Source: an uncultured bacterium (lineage in GTDB: Bacteria; GCA-001730085). Taken from it: a stretch of 64,000 nt of DNA. Below the pieces are notes generated by a model. It worked only from the letters and a program-made list of their open reading frames with translations. It had not been told where the DNA came from and did no database searches. Of the stretch, positions 53,064 to 63,603 are shown piece after piece. A program made the translations under genes and the position numbers. The stretch is from NCBI GenBank assembly GCA_964565945.1, contig CAZMGY010000026.1, forward strand, positions 472 to 64,471. The letters are read 5' to 3'. Position 1 is the first letter of the stretch. Every line of letters starts with the position of its first letter.

Positions 53064-54074
53064 ATGATTGAAGTTTCTCATGTCAGCAAAGAGTTTAACG
53101 GTGTAACGGTCATTGACAACATTGATTTTGTGGTTGATTCCAGGCAAATGGTTGGTTTTTTGGGTACTAATGGCGCTGGCAAAACAACCACTATGCGCAT
53201 GATTGTGGGGTACCTTAAGCCGAGTCAGGGGACAATGCGGGTTGCTGGGCATGATGTTGTCGAAGAACCTTTGGAGGTCAAGAAGAATATTGGCTATTTG
53301 GCCGAACACAATCCTTTGTACACCGAATTGCGCGTACATGAATATCTTAAGTTTCGTGCCGAATTAAAAGGCGTTTCCAAGTCCAACATTCGCGCGCGTG
53401 TGGCAGATGTGCTAGATAAGTGCTGGATTAACGATGTGGAGCATCGTATTATTGGACAGTTGTCCAAGGGGTATCGTCAGCGTGTTGGTTTAGCCGACGC
53501 TCTGATTCATAATCCTGATGTCCTTATCTTGGATGAGCCCACCAGTGGTCTGGATCCTTACCAGATTATTAAAACGCGTGAATTGATTAAATCGCTTGCT
53601 GATGAGCACACCATTTTGTTTTCGTCTCATATTTTGCCAGAGGTCGAAATGTTGTGCGACACTATTATGATTATCAAGAACGGTCAAATTGTGGCCCAAG
53701 GAACTGCTGAGGAACTCAAACAGTCGGCTCGGACGCATCCTCAAGTTAATTTGGTTATTGAGGGGTCTGTCGCAGACGATATGAAGAATTTGCTAAGTCA
53801 GATAAAAGATGTGATTCAAGTGATCCATCGCGGAGCTCACGCGCAGGGGGAGCGATTTGAGTTGGTTCTTGAGGATGGCAGTGATGTGCAAAAAGATATT
53901 TTTCAGTTGGTCAGTGAACAATCCTGGACGATTGTTCAGATGAGTTCTGGCGAAACGCGTTTGGAAGATCTGTTTGTACAAATCACGATGAACGAAACTA
54001 CGATGGATGTTCTCAATAATTCACCAGAAAATCTCCCAAAAAATTTCGAAGATAGTGAGGACGATGCATCATGA
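53064..54074 (+). CDS. ABC transporter ATP-binding protein (ABC-2 / GldA-like)
   Basis: Walker A GTNGAGKTT, signature LSKGYRQR, Walker B ILILDEPTSGLD. Confidence 0.85.
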   Translation: MIEVSHVSKEFNGVTVIDNIDFVVDSRQMVGFLGTNGAGKTTTMRMIVGYLKPSQGTMRVAGHDVVEEPLEVKKNIGYLAEHNPLYTELRVHEYLKFRAELKGVSKSNIRARVADVLDKCWINDVEHRIIGQLSKGYRQRVGLADALIHNPDVLILDEPTSGLDPYQIIKTRELIKSLADEHTILFSSHILPEVEMLCDTIMIIKNGQIVAQGTAEELKQSARTHPQVNLVIEGSVADDMKNLLSQIKDVIQVIHRGAHAQGERFELVLEDGSDVQKDIFQLVSEQSWTIVQMSSGETRLEDLFVQITMNETTMDVLNNSPENLPKNFEDSEDDAS

Positions 54075-56182
54075 TGGCTTTGTTCAAAAAAGAATTGCGG
54101 ACACTGTTTTGTTCCCCTCTTGCCTATGCGGTTGCCGCGGCTTTTGCCACTATGAACGGTTATGTTTTTTGGATGCTTTTGAACTTATTGGCTCAACCGA
54201 TGGGGCAGGTGCAAGCAGAGTTACTTAACCTCTATTTTGGAGGAACTTTCTTTTTTTGGTTATCTCTAACAGCTATGGTGCCTTTAATCACCATGCGCCT
54301 TATCAGTGAGGAGAAACATAGCGGTTCTATTGAGTTGCTCATTACGGTGCCTATCACCGATACACAGATTGTGATGGCTAAGTTTTGGAGTGTCTTGATA
54401 TTTTATCTTTTCTTGTGGGCTCCAAGCTTTATTTACACATTGGTTACCATGTCCTTAGGTTCTTTTGATTGGGGTATTTGGTTGTTGTGTTTAGTGGGTG
54501 TTGTGTTGGCTGGGGCGATGCTTTTGAGTTTGGGTTTAATGTGTTCGGCTTTTTTTAGCCATCAATTGTTGGCAGGAGTGATGGCGTTTGGTTTTTTGAT
54601 GGTCTATTTTTTATTTGGATTTGCTGAGATATTCGGAGCTGTTACGCCCTTAAGGACGTTTATGGAGCTCACGTGGCTTCTTTCGATTTTTGAACAGCTG
54701 GGGTCGGGTCAATTGAAATCGAAACATGTGATTTATCTCGTTTCCATGACCTGGTTACATTTGTATGTGGCGGTGCAAGCTTTGAGGAATCTTCCGATGG
54801 AGAAGCTAAAGATTAAGCGTATTTTATTAGCACTTGTGGTGATTGTTCTAATCAATTACCTGGGGTTGTTTTACAATCAATCTTATGACCTAACCCGTGA
54901 TCACTTGTTTAGTTTGAGTGACAAAACACATAATGTCTTAGAAAGCTTGGATGAAGATGTGGATATAGTGGTCTTTCTGCAGCGTACCAATGTATTGTAT
55001 GGCAAGGTGAAAGAATTGTTGGAGCGTTATCAGGACGAGTCTTCGCTTATTCGGGTAACCTATGTGGATCCCGTGAAAGATCTGGCACAAACCAAAATTT
55101 TATCTTCCAAATATGGCGTGGAGTTTCAGGAAGAAATGATACTTGTGCATCATAAGTATCGGACTAAGTTGGTTCCGCAACGAGATGTCGCCATTTATGA
55201 TTATTCGACGGTTTACTCAGGCATGCCACCTCAGTTAAAGAGCTTTGCCGGTGAGGCGACGATTACGGGAGCGATCCTTAACTTGCAACAAACCAATAAA
55301 AATAGAGTTTACTTTTTAACAGGTCATGGCGAGAAAAGTCTTAATGATTCAGGACCAGAAGGCTTGAGTGAATTGCATACCGTGCTTAAAAAAGATAATC
55401 TGGAAATGGCTCCTTTGCACTTGGTGGGCTTGAAAGACTTGCCCGAAGATCTCAAATGTTTGGTAATTGCGGGACCAAGCCACCGTTTATCGGATGAAGA
55501 GTTAGCTTTTCTTAAACAATTTATCGAGGATGGAGGGCGTTTGCTCTGCATGATTGATGCCAGTATCGAGAGCAACTTGGTCGAATTTCTTAAGTCCTAT
55601 GGTATCGATGTTGCCGATAATATTATTCTTGACCCTCAAAGGAAGCAGGCCAACACCACGATTTTTAATTTGTTCACATGGGAATACGAACCTCATCTCA
55701 TCACCGAAAAAATGGTGAATATTTACACAGATTTTCTTTTGGCCCGCTCAGTTTCGGTAGGGAATGCCAATCACTTTCAATTGCAGGTTTTGACGCGTTC
55801 GTCGAGTGAATCCTGGGGAGAAGTCGACTATCAGGTGATACCGTATGCCTATGAGAAGGGCAAAGATCTTGCGGGACCTCTTTCGGTAGGTGTTGTGGGG
55901 GAAGATCCCCACACTAAGGCGAAACTTGTGGTTTTGGGCGATAGTGATTTTGTGTGCAATCAGTTTATCCCCGTCGGTGGTAACAAATACTTTTTTATGA
56001 ACACCTTGCATTGGTTGTTGGATCAAGATGAGTTGATTAGCATTCCTCCAAAAGATATCGTTTCGATGAGCTTGCCGTTGACACAGCGCCATTTGTATTG
56101 GTTCTTTATCTTGTTTGTTGTGTTTATGCCTTTGACATGGGGTGTGTTAGGGGGTATTGTGTATTTTGTGAGACGAAAGTAA
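54071..56182 (+). CDS. Fusion of an ABC-2 permease (GldF-like) and a GldG-like auxiliary domain
   Basis: A ~250-aa N-terminal six-TM ABC-2 permease, then an ABC_transp_aux/GldG-like periplasmic domain with a C-terminal TM anchor. ATGA overlap with the ATPase gene. Confidence 0.7.
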   Translation: MMALFKKELRTLFCSPLAYAVAAAFATMNGYVFWMLLNLLAQPMGQVQAELLNLYFGGTFFFWLSLTAMVPLITMRLISEEKHSGSIELLITVPITDTQIVMAKFWSVLIFYLFLWAPSFIYTLVTMSLGSFDWGIWLLCLVGVVLAGAMLLSLGLMCSAFFSHQLLAGVMAFGFLMVYFLFGFAEIFGAVTPLRTFMELTWLLSIFEQLGSGQLKSKHVIYLVSMTWLHLYVAVQALRNLPMEKLKIKRILLALVVIVLINYLGLFYNQSYDLTRDHLFSLSDKTHNVLESLDEDVDIVVFLQRTNVLYGKVKELLERYQDESSLIRVTYVDPVKDLAQTKILSSKYGVEFQEEMILVHHKYRTKLVPQRDVAIYDYSTVYSGMPPQLKSFAGEATITGAILNLQQTNKNRVYFLTGHGEKSLNDSGPEGLSELHTVLKKDNLEMAPLHLVGLKDLPEDLKCLVIAGPSHRLSDEELAFLKQFIEDGGRLLCMIDASIESNLVEFLKSYGIDVADNIILDPQRKQANTTIFNLFTWEYEPHLITEKMVNIYTDFLLARSVSVGNANHFQLQVLTRSSSESWGEVDYQVIPYAYEKGKDLAGPLSVGVVGEDPHTKAKLVVLGDSDFVCNQFIPVGGNKYFFMNTLHWLLDQDELISIPPKDIVSMSLPLTQRHLYWFFILFVVFMPLTWGVLGGIVYFVRRK

Positions 56183-57520
56183 GTGATTAAACAAATATCC
56201 TCCCAGAAGCTTTTGCTCGTTTGTATTGGAGTGCTTGCAGTATGGGTTGGATTGGTTCATCAAACATCGTCCCGCCGTGTGACCGATCTTCCTAATCAAA
56301 TTCTTAAGATTAATTCCGATAATATCCTGCGCTTCGAAATCGATGCTTTTGCAGGAAAGTATGTTGTGGCCAGGGAACCTGGGCAAGACTGGGCTTTGGT
56401 TGCCCCCTATAAGGCTGTGATTGAACAAAAGTTTTTCAACGTTTTGGCGCTTGTATTTAACCCTCTAGTGGTTGAGCGGATCGTGGAAGATGAGCCCAGT
56501 GCTAAGGATTTAAAAACCTATGGCTTAGACCAAGCTCTATTGTCGATGGACATTGTGACTCAGAGTGATCGCTGGACCATGTTGGTCGGGAGATTGGCGC
56601 TCACAGGCGATGTCTATTATGTCAAATTTAAGCATTTGCCTCAGATTTTTCTGGTATCCCTAAACGTGGTCTTAGATATCTTTCGTGAGGCGCCTCGCTT
56701 GCAGATAACTAAGCTTTTCCCTAAGGAGATGGAGGGCGTGGAGTTGCTGCGTTGGGTGAATGAGGATCACGAAATTTTTGAAATCGAGAAGGCCGAAGAA
56801 GGGTGGTGCCTTAAGCAACCCTTTGATTATGCTCTTGATGTCGACAAAATTCAGCAGTTGCTCACCGATTTGGGGCACCTTGAATTTAGACCCGAATTGT
56901 TTGAAACGGATGTGGATTTTTCATCACCGCATCTGAGAATCGAATTTAAAATAGAAGGGGAGACGACTCTTAAGACCATTGTGTTGGCTAAACTTGAGCC
57001 GCAACATGAAGCTTATCCGATTCGGGTGCCTACTTCCGATAAAGTTCACTTGTTTAGCCAGTCTTTTGTAGAGGAATTTCTTTTTGATCCCTATCCGTTG
57101 ATGAGTACACAGGTCTATCCTTTTATTAATGGTGATATCGAGCACTTAGAGGTGCGATCCTTAGGAGAACTTCGTTGGAAGGCCCAGCAAAATAAAGAAT
57201 TTTTTTGGGAGCTATGGCAGGACGAGGAAGTACGATTTTTTCCGAACCATAGGTTTTATTTGTTTCTAACCATACTGGAAAATGATATGGCTGTGCGCCA
57301 TGTTAGGCGGGAGGAGGAACTTTTCGAAGGGGAACCAACCTTACAAATCAAAGTGACTCTACGCAATCAGCACGAATATGTTTATACCTATTATCACCGC
57401 CATCAGCAATGGTTTTTGCGTTTGAACGGCGACATTTTGGAAATGAACAATAATGGCTTTGAACATTCGTTAGCAACTTTAGATGATCTAAAAGGGAGCG
57501 ATCCTAATGCTCCATCCTGA
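56183..57520 (+). CDS. DUF4340-like protein (usual partner of GldG-type ABC systems)
   Basis: N-terminal anchor plus soluble domain. Conserved gene order after the GldG-like gene; adjacent to its stop. Confidence 0.5.
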   Translation: MIKQISSQKLLLVCIGVLAVWVGLVHQTSSRRVTDLPNQILKINSDNILRFEIDAFAGKYVVAREPGQDWALVAPYKAVIEQKFFNVLALVFNPLVVERIVEDEPSAKDLKTYGLDQALLSMDIVTQSDRWTMLVGRLALTGDVYYVKFKHLPQIFLVSLNVVLDIFREAPRLQITKLFPKEMEGVELLRWVNEDHEIFEIEKAEEGWCLKQPFDYALDVDKIQQLLTDLGHLEFRPELFETDVDFSSPHLRIEFKIEGETTLKTIVLAKLEPQHEAYPIRVPTSDKVHLFSQSFVEEFLFDPYPLMSTQVYPFINGDIEHLEVRSLGELRWKAQQNKEFFWELWQDEEVRFFPNHRFYLFLTILENDMAVRHVRREEELFEGEPTLQIKVTLRNQHEYVYTYYHRHQQWFLRLNGDILEMNNNGFEHSLATLDDLKGSDPNAPS

Positions 57521-58286
57521 TGCCGTATCGATTCAAATTTTTGGCGATACCGATCATGGCTGTGTGCGCGAGCAGAACGAAGATGCCTTTTTTATTCATG
57601 GAAGCTTGCCTCTGGCCTGCGTGTGTGATGGAATGGGAGGGCACAATGGCGGAGCCGAAGCCAGTGCCATTGTGGTTGACGTATTTAAAACATATGATAT
57701 ACTTGAATCGTCTTGGAAAGACGATTTTGGTTCTTATCAAACCAATGTTGCCATGTGTCAAGACGAGAATAATCTTGTTAATTTGGCTCACTGGGCAAAC
57801 GAACAGGTGCATGAACGGAGTTTTCAGGATGCTGCGCTTACTGGTATGGGCTCAACTTTGGTCGCTCTTTATGTGCGACGGAATAAGGATGTGTGTGTGA
57901 TAAATGTTGGAGATAGTCGAGCTTATTACATTCAAGATAAAATCATTCGCCAGATGACCAATGATCATTCTCTGATTGAAGAACGAAGACAAAGTGGTCA
58001 TATGAGTGAAGAATTGTTAGCCCAACAAGACATTGATCATGTGATCACAAGGGCTATTGGTTCGCAGCCGACAGTGGAGGTTGATTTTTTTAAGGAGCCT
58101 ATTCACAAAGATTATTACCTTTTATGTTCCGATGGATTGACATGTATGCTATCTAACAACGAAATTCATGAATGTGTGATGGACTCACGGGATGACGGTC
58201 ATCAGGCTGTTAGGGAGTTAATACAGAGAGCTAAAGATCGCGGTGGCACAGATAATGTGACAGCAGTTCTCTTGAAAGTGCAATAA
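57507..58286 (+). CDS. PP2C-family Ser/Thr protein phosphatase
   Basis: Motifs FGDTDHGCVREQNEDAF, VCDGMGGHNGGAEAS, LLCSDGL, RAKDRGGTDNVT. Overlaps the DUF4340 gene by 14 nt. Confidence 0.8.
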   Translation: MLHPDAVSIQIFGDTDHGCVREQNEDAFFIHGSLPLACVCDGMGGHNGGAEASAIVVDVFKTYDILESSWKDDFGSYQTNVAMCQDENNLVNLAHWANEQVHERSFQDAALTGMGSTLVALYVRRNKDVCVINVGDSRAYYIQDKIIRQMTNDHSLIEERRQSGHMSEELLAQQDIDHVITRAIGSQPTVEVDFFKEPIHKDYYLLCSDGLTCMLSNNEIHECVMDSRDDGHQAVRELIQRAKDRGGTDNVTAVLLKVQ

Positions 58287-58306
58287 AGTAAGGAGTCAAA
58301 AAAAAC

Positions 58307-59629
58307 ATGAATATGTCTTTGCGACGAAAATGGGTACTAATTATAGGTGTGATTCTTCTGATGGCTTGGAAAATTACCCCTATTGAAAAAGCTGTAAATC
58401 TTGGTCTGGACTTGCAAGGAGGTAGTTATCTCACTCTTGAGGTTGATGATTCCAAATTAAGCGAAGAAGAAAAGCGGGACATTGTTGATGTTGCCCTCGA
58501 GATTATTCGCAATCGTATTGACGAATTTGGTGTTTCGGAGCCCGTAATTCAAAAAGGAAGTGGCAAACGAATTATTGTTCAGGTTCCTGGAGTTGGAACC
58601 GAAGCAGCCAAACGTATCAAAGATATTATTATGCGTCAGGCTCATTTAGAGTTTCGTATGGTGGTTGATAAGGAGAAGAAACGTAAGCGCGCCCTTGAAG
58701 GCACGCTGTCACCAGCTGATCAACGCGATTTTGAGCTTTTACCGATGGCCGATGGTTCGGGAGAGGCTCTTTTATTGGAAAGAACAGCCTATGTGACTGG
58801 GGATATGTTGACCGATGCTACTGTCGCCTTTGATCAAAGTGGTTTTGGTGGTGTGTCTGTGTCGTTGAACTTTAACAAAAAAGGCGCCCGTCGTTTTGAA
58901 AAATTAACTAGTGAGAATGTCAATCGTCGTTTGGCGATTGTGCTGGATAATAAAATTCAATCAGCGCCAGTGATTCAGCAAAAAATTGGTGGAGGACGTG
59001 CCCAAATCACAGGAAGCTTTAATGTGGATGAAGCCAAGGATTTGGCGATCGCCTTGCGTGCGGGTGCTTTGCCTGCGCCGATCAACGTATTGCAAGAAAG
59101 CACTGTTGGGCCATCGTTAGGAGCGGATTCGATTCGCAAAGGTGTCAAATCAGCTTTGTGGGGCTTTTTATTGGTGATTGTGTTTATGCTCATCTACTAT
59201 CAAGTGGCTGGCCTGATTGCCAATGTGGCTTTATGTTTGAACCTTTTGTTGGTGGTCGGTGCGTTGTCTTTTTTTGATGCGACTCTAACGCTACCGGGTA
59301 TTGCGGGTATTATTTTGACGATTGGTATGGCGGTGGATGCCAATGTTTTGATTTTCGAGCGCATTCGCGAGGAGCTACGTCAATCGAAAACAATCAAAGC
59401 TGCACTTAATTTTGGTTTCGATAAAGCCTTTGTAACAATCATGGATGCCAATCTAACGACCTTGATCACAGCTTTAATCCTATTTAAATTTGGAACAGGT
59501 CCCATTCGTGGTTTTGCGGTGACACTCTCGGTGGGAATCTTGTCGAGTATGTTTACATCCCTGTTTGTGTCGCGGGCTATTTTCGAATTGGTGTATCGTA
59601 AAAAAAGTATTAAAACTTTAAGCATTTAA
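58307..59629 (+). CDS. secD: Protein translocase subunit SecD
   Basis: N-terminal TM, periplasmic domain, and six C-terminal TMs with SecD/SecF family blocks. Confidence 0.9.
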   Translation: MNMSLRRKWVLIIGVILLMAWKITPIEKAVNLGLDLQGGSYLTLEVDDSKLSEEEKRDIVDVALEIIRNRIDEFGVSEPVIQKGSGKRIIVQVPGVGTEAAKRIKDIIMRQAHLEFRMVVDKEKKRKRALEGTLSPADQRDFELLPMADGSGEALLLERTAYVTGDMLTDATVAFDQSGFGGVSVSLNFNKKGARRFEKLTSENVNRRLAIVLDNKIQSAPVIQQKIGGGRAQITGSFNVDEAKDLAIALRAGALPAPINVLQESTVGPSLGADSIRKGVKSALWGFLLVIVFMLIYYQVAGLIANVALCLNLLLVVGALSFFDATLTLPGIAGIILTIGMAVDANVLIFERIREELRQSKTIKAALNFGFDKAFVTIMDANLTTLITALILFKFGTGPIRGFAVTLSVGILSSMFTSLFVSRAIFELVYRKKSIKTLSI

Positions 59630-59651
59630 TGATTGATCAGGGATTGGAGAT

Positions 59652-60542
59652 TTGGGTATGAAGCTGGTGAGTGAAAACGTTAACATAAATTTTGTAAGCA
59701 AAATGAAAGTGGGAATTGTGCTGTCGGGCATTATTTTAGCGATTGGGATGCTGGTCTTTATTTCTCGAGGTGAGCGCAATTTTGGTATCGACTTCACTGG
59801 GGGTATGATGCAACAGGTTCATTTTAATAAACCCACCTCGGCAGATCAGTTGAGAACAGCCTTTAATCGTTTGAATTACGACGATGTGTCGTTGCAAGAA
59901 GTGCATGAGGGAGATAAATCTATTTTTATTGTTCGCTCTTCGGTGGAACACGGCAAAGATGTGAGAACATCGATGGAAAGGTTGCATGGAGTTGATCAGA
60001 TGGAGGTGATGCGCGAAGAAATGGTGGGACCCGCCGTTGGAAAAGATTTGCGTCGGCAAGGCTTTTTGGCCATTCTTTTTGCTTTGCTGGGTATTTTGAT
60101 TTATGTGTCGTTTCGTTTTGAGTTCAAGTATGCGGTGGGTGCAATTGGGGCACTTTTTCACGATATTGTGATCACGGTGGGCGTTTTGTCTTTGTGCCAA
60201 GTTGAAGTATCCTTGCAGATTTTGGCCGCCTTGCTAACCATTGTGGGTTATTCTCTTAACGATACAATTGTGGTGTTTGATCGTATTCGGGAGACACTCA
60301 AACTGAATCGAAAAAAAGAAAGTTTTGAAAATGTGATTAATCAAAGTATCAATCAGACGCTTAGCCGTACTTTGCTCACATCGATCACAACCTTCATTGT
60401 GGTTTTTATGCTGTTTCTTTTTGGAGGCGAAGTGATTCGTGACTTTGCTTTGGCCTTGATGATTGGCGTGATTGTGGGAACTTATTCTTCGGTGTTTGTG
60501 GCCACTTCTAGTTTGCGTTACTGGGAACCTGCAACTAATTGA
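59652..60542 (+). CDS. secF: Protein translocase subunit SecF
   Basis: SecF signature region and six TMs. Directly follows secD. Confidence 0.9.
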   Translation: MGMKLVSENVNINFVSKMKVGIVLSGIILAIGMLVFISRGERNFGIDFTGGMMQQVHFNKPTSADQLRTAFNRLNYDDVSLQEVHEGDKSIFIVRSSVEHGKDVRTSMERLHGVDQMEVMREEMVGPAVGKDLRRQGFLAILFALLGILIYVSFRFEFKYAVGAIGALFHDIVITVGVLSLCQVEVSLQILAALLTIVGYSLNDTIVVFDRIRETLKLNRKKESFENVINQSINQTLSRTLLTSITTFIVVFMLFLFGGEVIRDFALALMIGVIVGTYSSVFVATSSLRYWEPATN

Positions 60543-62266
60543 GCTTAGTCACAGCGCGGATTCACGATGTTCGGTGGCTTTGGCCCCTGCTTAGCGAGCA
60601 TGATCGATGTTTGATCGAAAAGCTGAGTCAGTCCTTGAATTGTTCTCAAACTGTTGCCTCGTTACTTTGGCAACGGGGGCATCGTAGCGAGGCTCAAGCG
60701 CTAAGTTTTTTAAATCCTCAAAGCTCAGCCTTGCATGATCCGTATCTTTTGGCTGATATGCAGCAGGCGGTGGCGCGTATCCGTGTAGCCTTGGTTAAGC
60801 AAGAAGGTATTTTGATTCATGGAGATTACGATGTCGATGGTGTGACCTCGGCGTCTTTGTTATACCTGGGTCTTAAAGCCTTAGGTTTTCAAAATCTTGA
60901 CTTTTTTTTGCCAAACCGCTTAGTTGATGGTTATGGAGTGAGTGAGGTTGCTTTAAACAAAGCGAAAAATGAAGGTTACAGTTTAGTTATCACCTCCGAT
61001 TGTGGAATTACGGCGATTGAAACCGTCGAGAAAGCCAATCAATTGGGGCTAGACGTGATTGTGACCGATCACCATGAGCCCAAAGAAAGCTTGCCTCCTG
61101 CGCTGGCTGTGATTAATCCAAAACGTAAGGACTGTCTGTATCCATTCAAAGAATTAGCAGGGGTCGGTGTAGCCTTTAAATTGCTGCAAGCTTTAGGCGT
61201 GAGCGATGATTTTTGGGATTTGGTGGCTTTAGGAACGGTGGCCGATGTGGTGCCTTTGCTTGATGAAAACCGTATTTTTGTGCATCAAGGGCTTTCTAAG
61301 TTAGCCCAAACGTCTAAGGTTGGTTTGCAGGCCTTGCTTGATGTCTGTGGTCTTAAAGATAAAGAAATTAGCAGTGGGCACATTGCTTTTCAAATGGCGC
61401 CGCGCATCAATGCGATTGGTCGCTTAGGTGATCCCTCGGATGGTTTGCGTATGCTAATTAGGCAGGATGAATCGTTTGCCTACAGTGTTGCTCAAAAGCT
61501 GGATGATGATAATCAGGAACGTAAAGTAATCGAAAAAAGGATTCTCGACGAAGCTCATGAGATAATTCGCTCTCATGAGCGTATCAACAAAGACAAAGTC
61601 TTGGTTGTGTATGGCCCTGATTGGCATCAAGGTGTGATTGGCATTGTGGCTTCTCGCTTGGTCGAAGCATATTATAAGCCTGTTTTGATGATTGCGGCAC
61701 CGGAGGAGGGGATTTGTAAAGCTTCGTGTCGAAGCATTCCTAATTTTCACCTTTTGTTAGGTTTGGACGCTTGTGCCTCGCTTTTGGAAGCCTATGGTGG
61801 GCATGCCTATGCAGCAGGTTTTTCGATTCGAGAAAATCAGATCGATGCTTTGCAGGAGATGATTAACCGTTATGCCAATCAAGTCTTAAGTGAGGAACAG
61901 ATGTGTCGAGAAATTTCGATTGATGCCGAGGTGTCGTTTGAAGATCTATCGCTTGAGTTATACCACGACCTTCAGCATTTGGCTCCATTTGGTGCTGGTC
62001 ACGTGACTCCTATTTTTGGAACGCGTGGGGTACATCTTGTGAGCCGTCCATACCTTGTCGGGGGATCTCATTTGCGGTTACAGGTTGGTGTTGGAAGGGG
62101 GCGTTCACTTACTGTTATGGCGTTTCAAATGGGGGATCAATTCGACGATCTGTATGCTACTTTTAGTGCCAAAACGGCTCTCGATATTGTCTGTCAGATA
62201 CATCTCAATACTTGGCAAGGGCAGACATCTTTGCAGCTGCATCTTAAAGCTTGGGCAAAGCACTAA
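60539..62266 (+). CDS. recJ: Single-stranded-DNA-specific exonuclease RecJ
   Basis: DHH motifs (IHGDYDVDGVTS, DHH), DHHA1 and the C-terminal OB region. The TTG start overlaps the secF stop and is uncertain. Confidence 0.85.
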   Translation: MSLVTARIHDVRWLWPLLSEHDRCLIEKLSQSLNCSQTVASLLWQRGHRSEAQALSFLNPQSSALHDPYLLADMQQAVARIRVALVKQEGILIHGDYDVDGVTSASLLYLGLKALGFQNLDFFLPNRLVDGYGVSEVALNKAKNEGYSLVITSDCGITAIETVEKANQLGLDVIVTDHHEPKESLPPALAVINPKRKDCLYPFKELAGVGVAFKLLQALGVSDDFWDLVALGTVADVVPLLDENRIFVHQGLSKLAQTSKVGLQALLDVCGLKDKEISSGHIAFQMAPRINAIGRLGDPSDGLRMLIRQDESFAYSVAQKLDDDNQERKVIEKRILDEAHEIIRSHERINKDKVLVVYGPDWHQGVIGIVASRLVEAYYKPVLMIAAPEEGICKASCRSIPNFHLLLGLDACASLLEAYGGHAYAAGFSIRENQIDALQEMINRYANQVLSEEQMCREISIDAEVSFEDLSLELYHDLQHLAPFGAGHVTPIFGTRGVHLVSRPYLVGGSHLRLQVGVGRGRSLTVMAFQMGDQFDDLYATFSAKTALDIVCQIHLNTWQGQTSLQLHLKAWAKH

Positions 62267-62365
62267 ATTACCACGTCGTTTTTTGCAAAGACTCCTTTCA
62301 ATGATAAGTTTAAGCAAGACGTCATTAACAAGTATAAAAATGGAGATGATGTATTGTTAGTTGAT

Positions 62366-63291
62366 TTATGCGTTGTAAGCAACTTGAATCATTGATAAAA
62401 GATTCTTGTTGAGATCATCGACCTTTAACAGGTTGTCGCTAGCTTTATCTGCAGCTGCTAAAGCATCATAGAGAGTTTCTCGAAGAGGATCAAATTTAAA
62501 ATTTTGGATGAGAGCGGTATTTTTGTGGACCCATTGCAAGACTTGTAAGTAGCTCTTAGAGATTGCATGATACTCCTCTTTGATTAATCCCTCCTCTATT
62601 AATCTTTGTAGAGCATCTAGGATTTCCTCCAAAGCTTTAGGATTATGACGCGCTGCCATAAGTAAGGCGTTGGCTTGCACCTCTGCATAATATCCCGAAA
62701 CCATGTCGATTCCTGCGCTTGGGTCTGGCGCGTATTGGCCAAGCTTCGCCATATAAAGAGCGACAAGGCCTTCGTATCGTACACCTCGAAGATTTTTAGA
62801 TAAGCGATACGTGGCTCCAGAGTCATAGTAGCCCGATCAATTTGAGGTGTAATCCTGATAGCGTTACCAATCTTTTCAGTTTTGTGAGTTGCAATAAAGG
62901 GTATCTCTGGCGAGATGATGAACTGAGTAGGTACAATTTCGACTGTTACTTTATCAAGTTGAAGTTCTGTACGCACTAGATCAATACCAGTATCATTGTA
63001 CCTAGTATCAATAGTCCCAGCTTTCCGTATATTGCGCGCCTTCTCTTTTGTAGAGTCGCCTGAAAAACCCTCCCAATAAGCTTCTATAGCCTTTGCCGTG
63101 GCTTTAGGAAAACTGGTTTGTCTAGCAGATACTTCCTGCTGACTTACATTTTTGAAATTTTCCTCTGCTTGTCGAAAGGGCACATCAACACCTTGAGTTT
63201 TTGGAGCCAAACTAAAAAGCACTTGGTTTTGGGTGAAAACGAGCACGCCAGCTAGACCTAAAAATTTTAAGGTTTGAGTTACGTGTTTCAC
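62366..63291 (-). pseudogene. Frameshifted gene for a secreted hypothetical protein (two overlapping ORFs, 62366..62752 and 62617..63291)
   Basis: The upstream ORF has a signal peptide (MKHVTQTLKFLGLAGVLVFTQ). Protein-like translation continues in another frame. That second frame opens just after a TGA (complement of 62832-62834) and runs to 62366. The 224-aa frame turns low-complexity and W/R-rich after ~62800. Confidence 0.5.
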
Positions 63292-63366
63292 TGTAATTGT
63301 CTCCTTTGATTGATATTGATAATATTAATTTGGTTGTCGAAATTCTCATACCCCATACGATATAAA

Positions 63367-63377
63367 ATCAATCAACG
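63367..63377. repeat. Homopolymeric G11 tract, intergenic
   Basis: caacGGGGGGGGGGGcat, read directly from the sequence. Confidence 0.9.
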
Positions 63378-63454
63378 GGGGGGGGGGCATCCAAAAATAG
63401 AAAACAAAAAATCACAGAAATCCCAACTGCTATTATGGTTTCAACAAAAAAACC

Positions 63455-63475
63455 TTTTCACCCAATGGGTGAAAA
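63455..63475. repeat. Palindrome TTTTCACCCA-a-TGGGTGAAAA
   Basis: Read directly from the sequence. Lies in non-coding low-complexity DNA between the frameshifted gene and the GH15 remnant. Confidence 0.7.
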
Positions 63476-63603
63476 TACCAAAGGCAATTGATTGTTGGTG
63501 AAATCATAATGTTTAAGTGAAAAAATAGTGGTTAAGTGGTTTTTTAGGTTGAAAAAACTATTTTTGTGGTGTTAGTGGTTTTTGTTTTTGGATTTGGGTA
63601 CAG

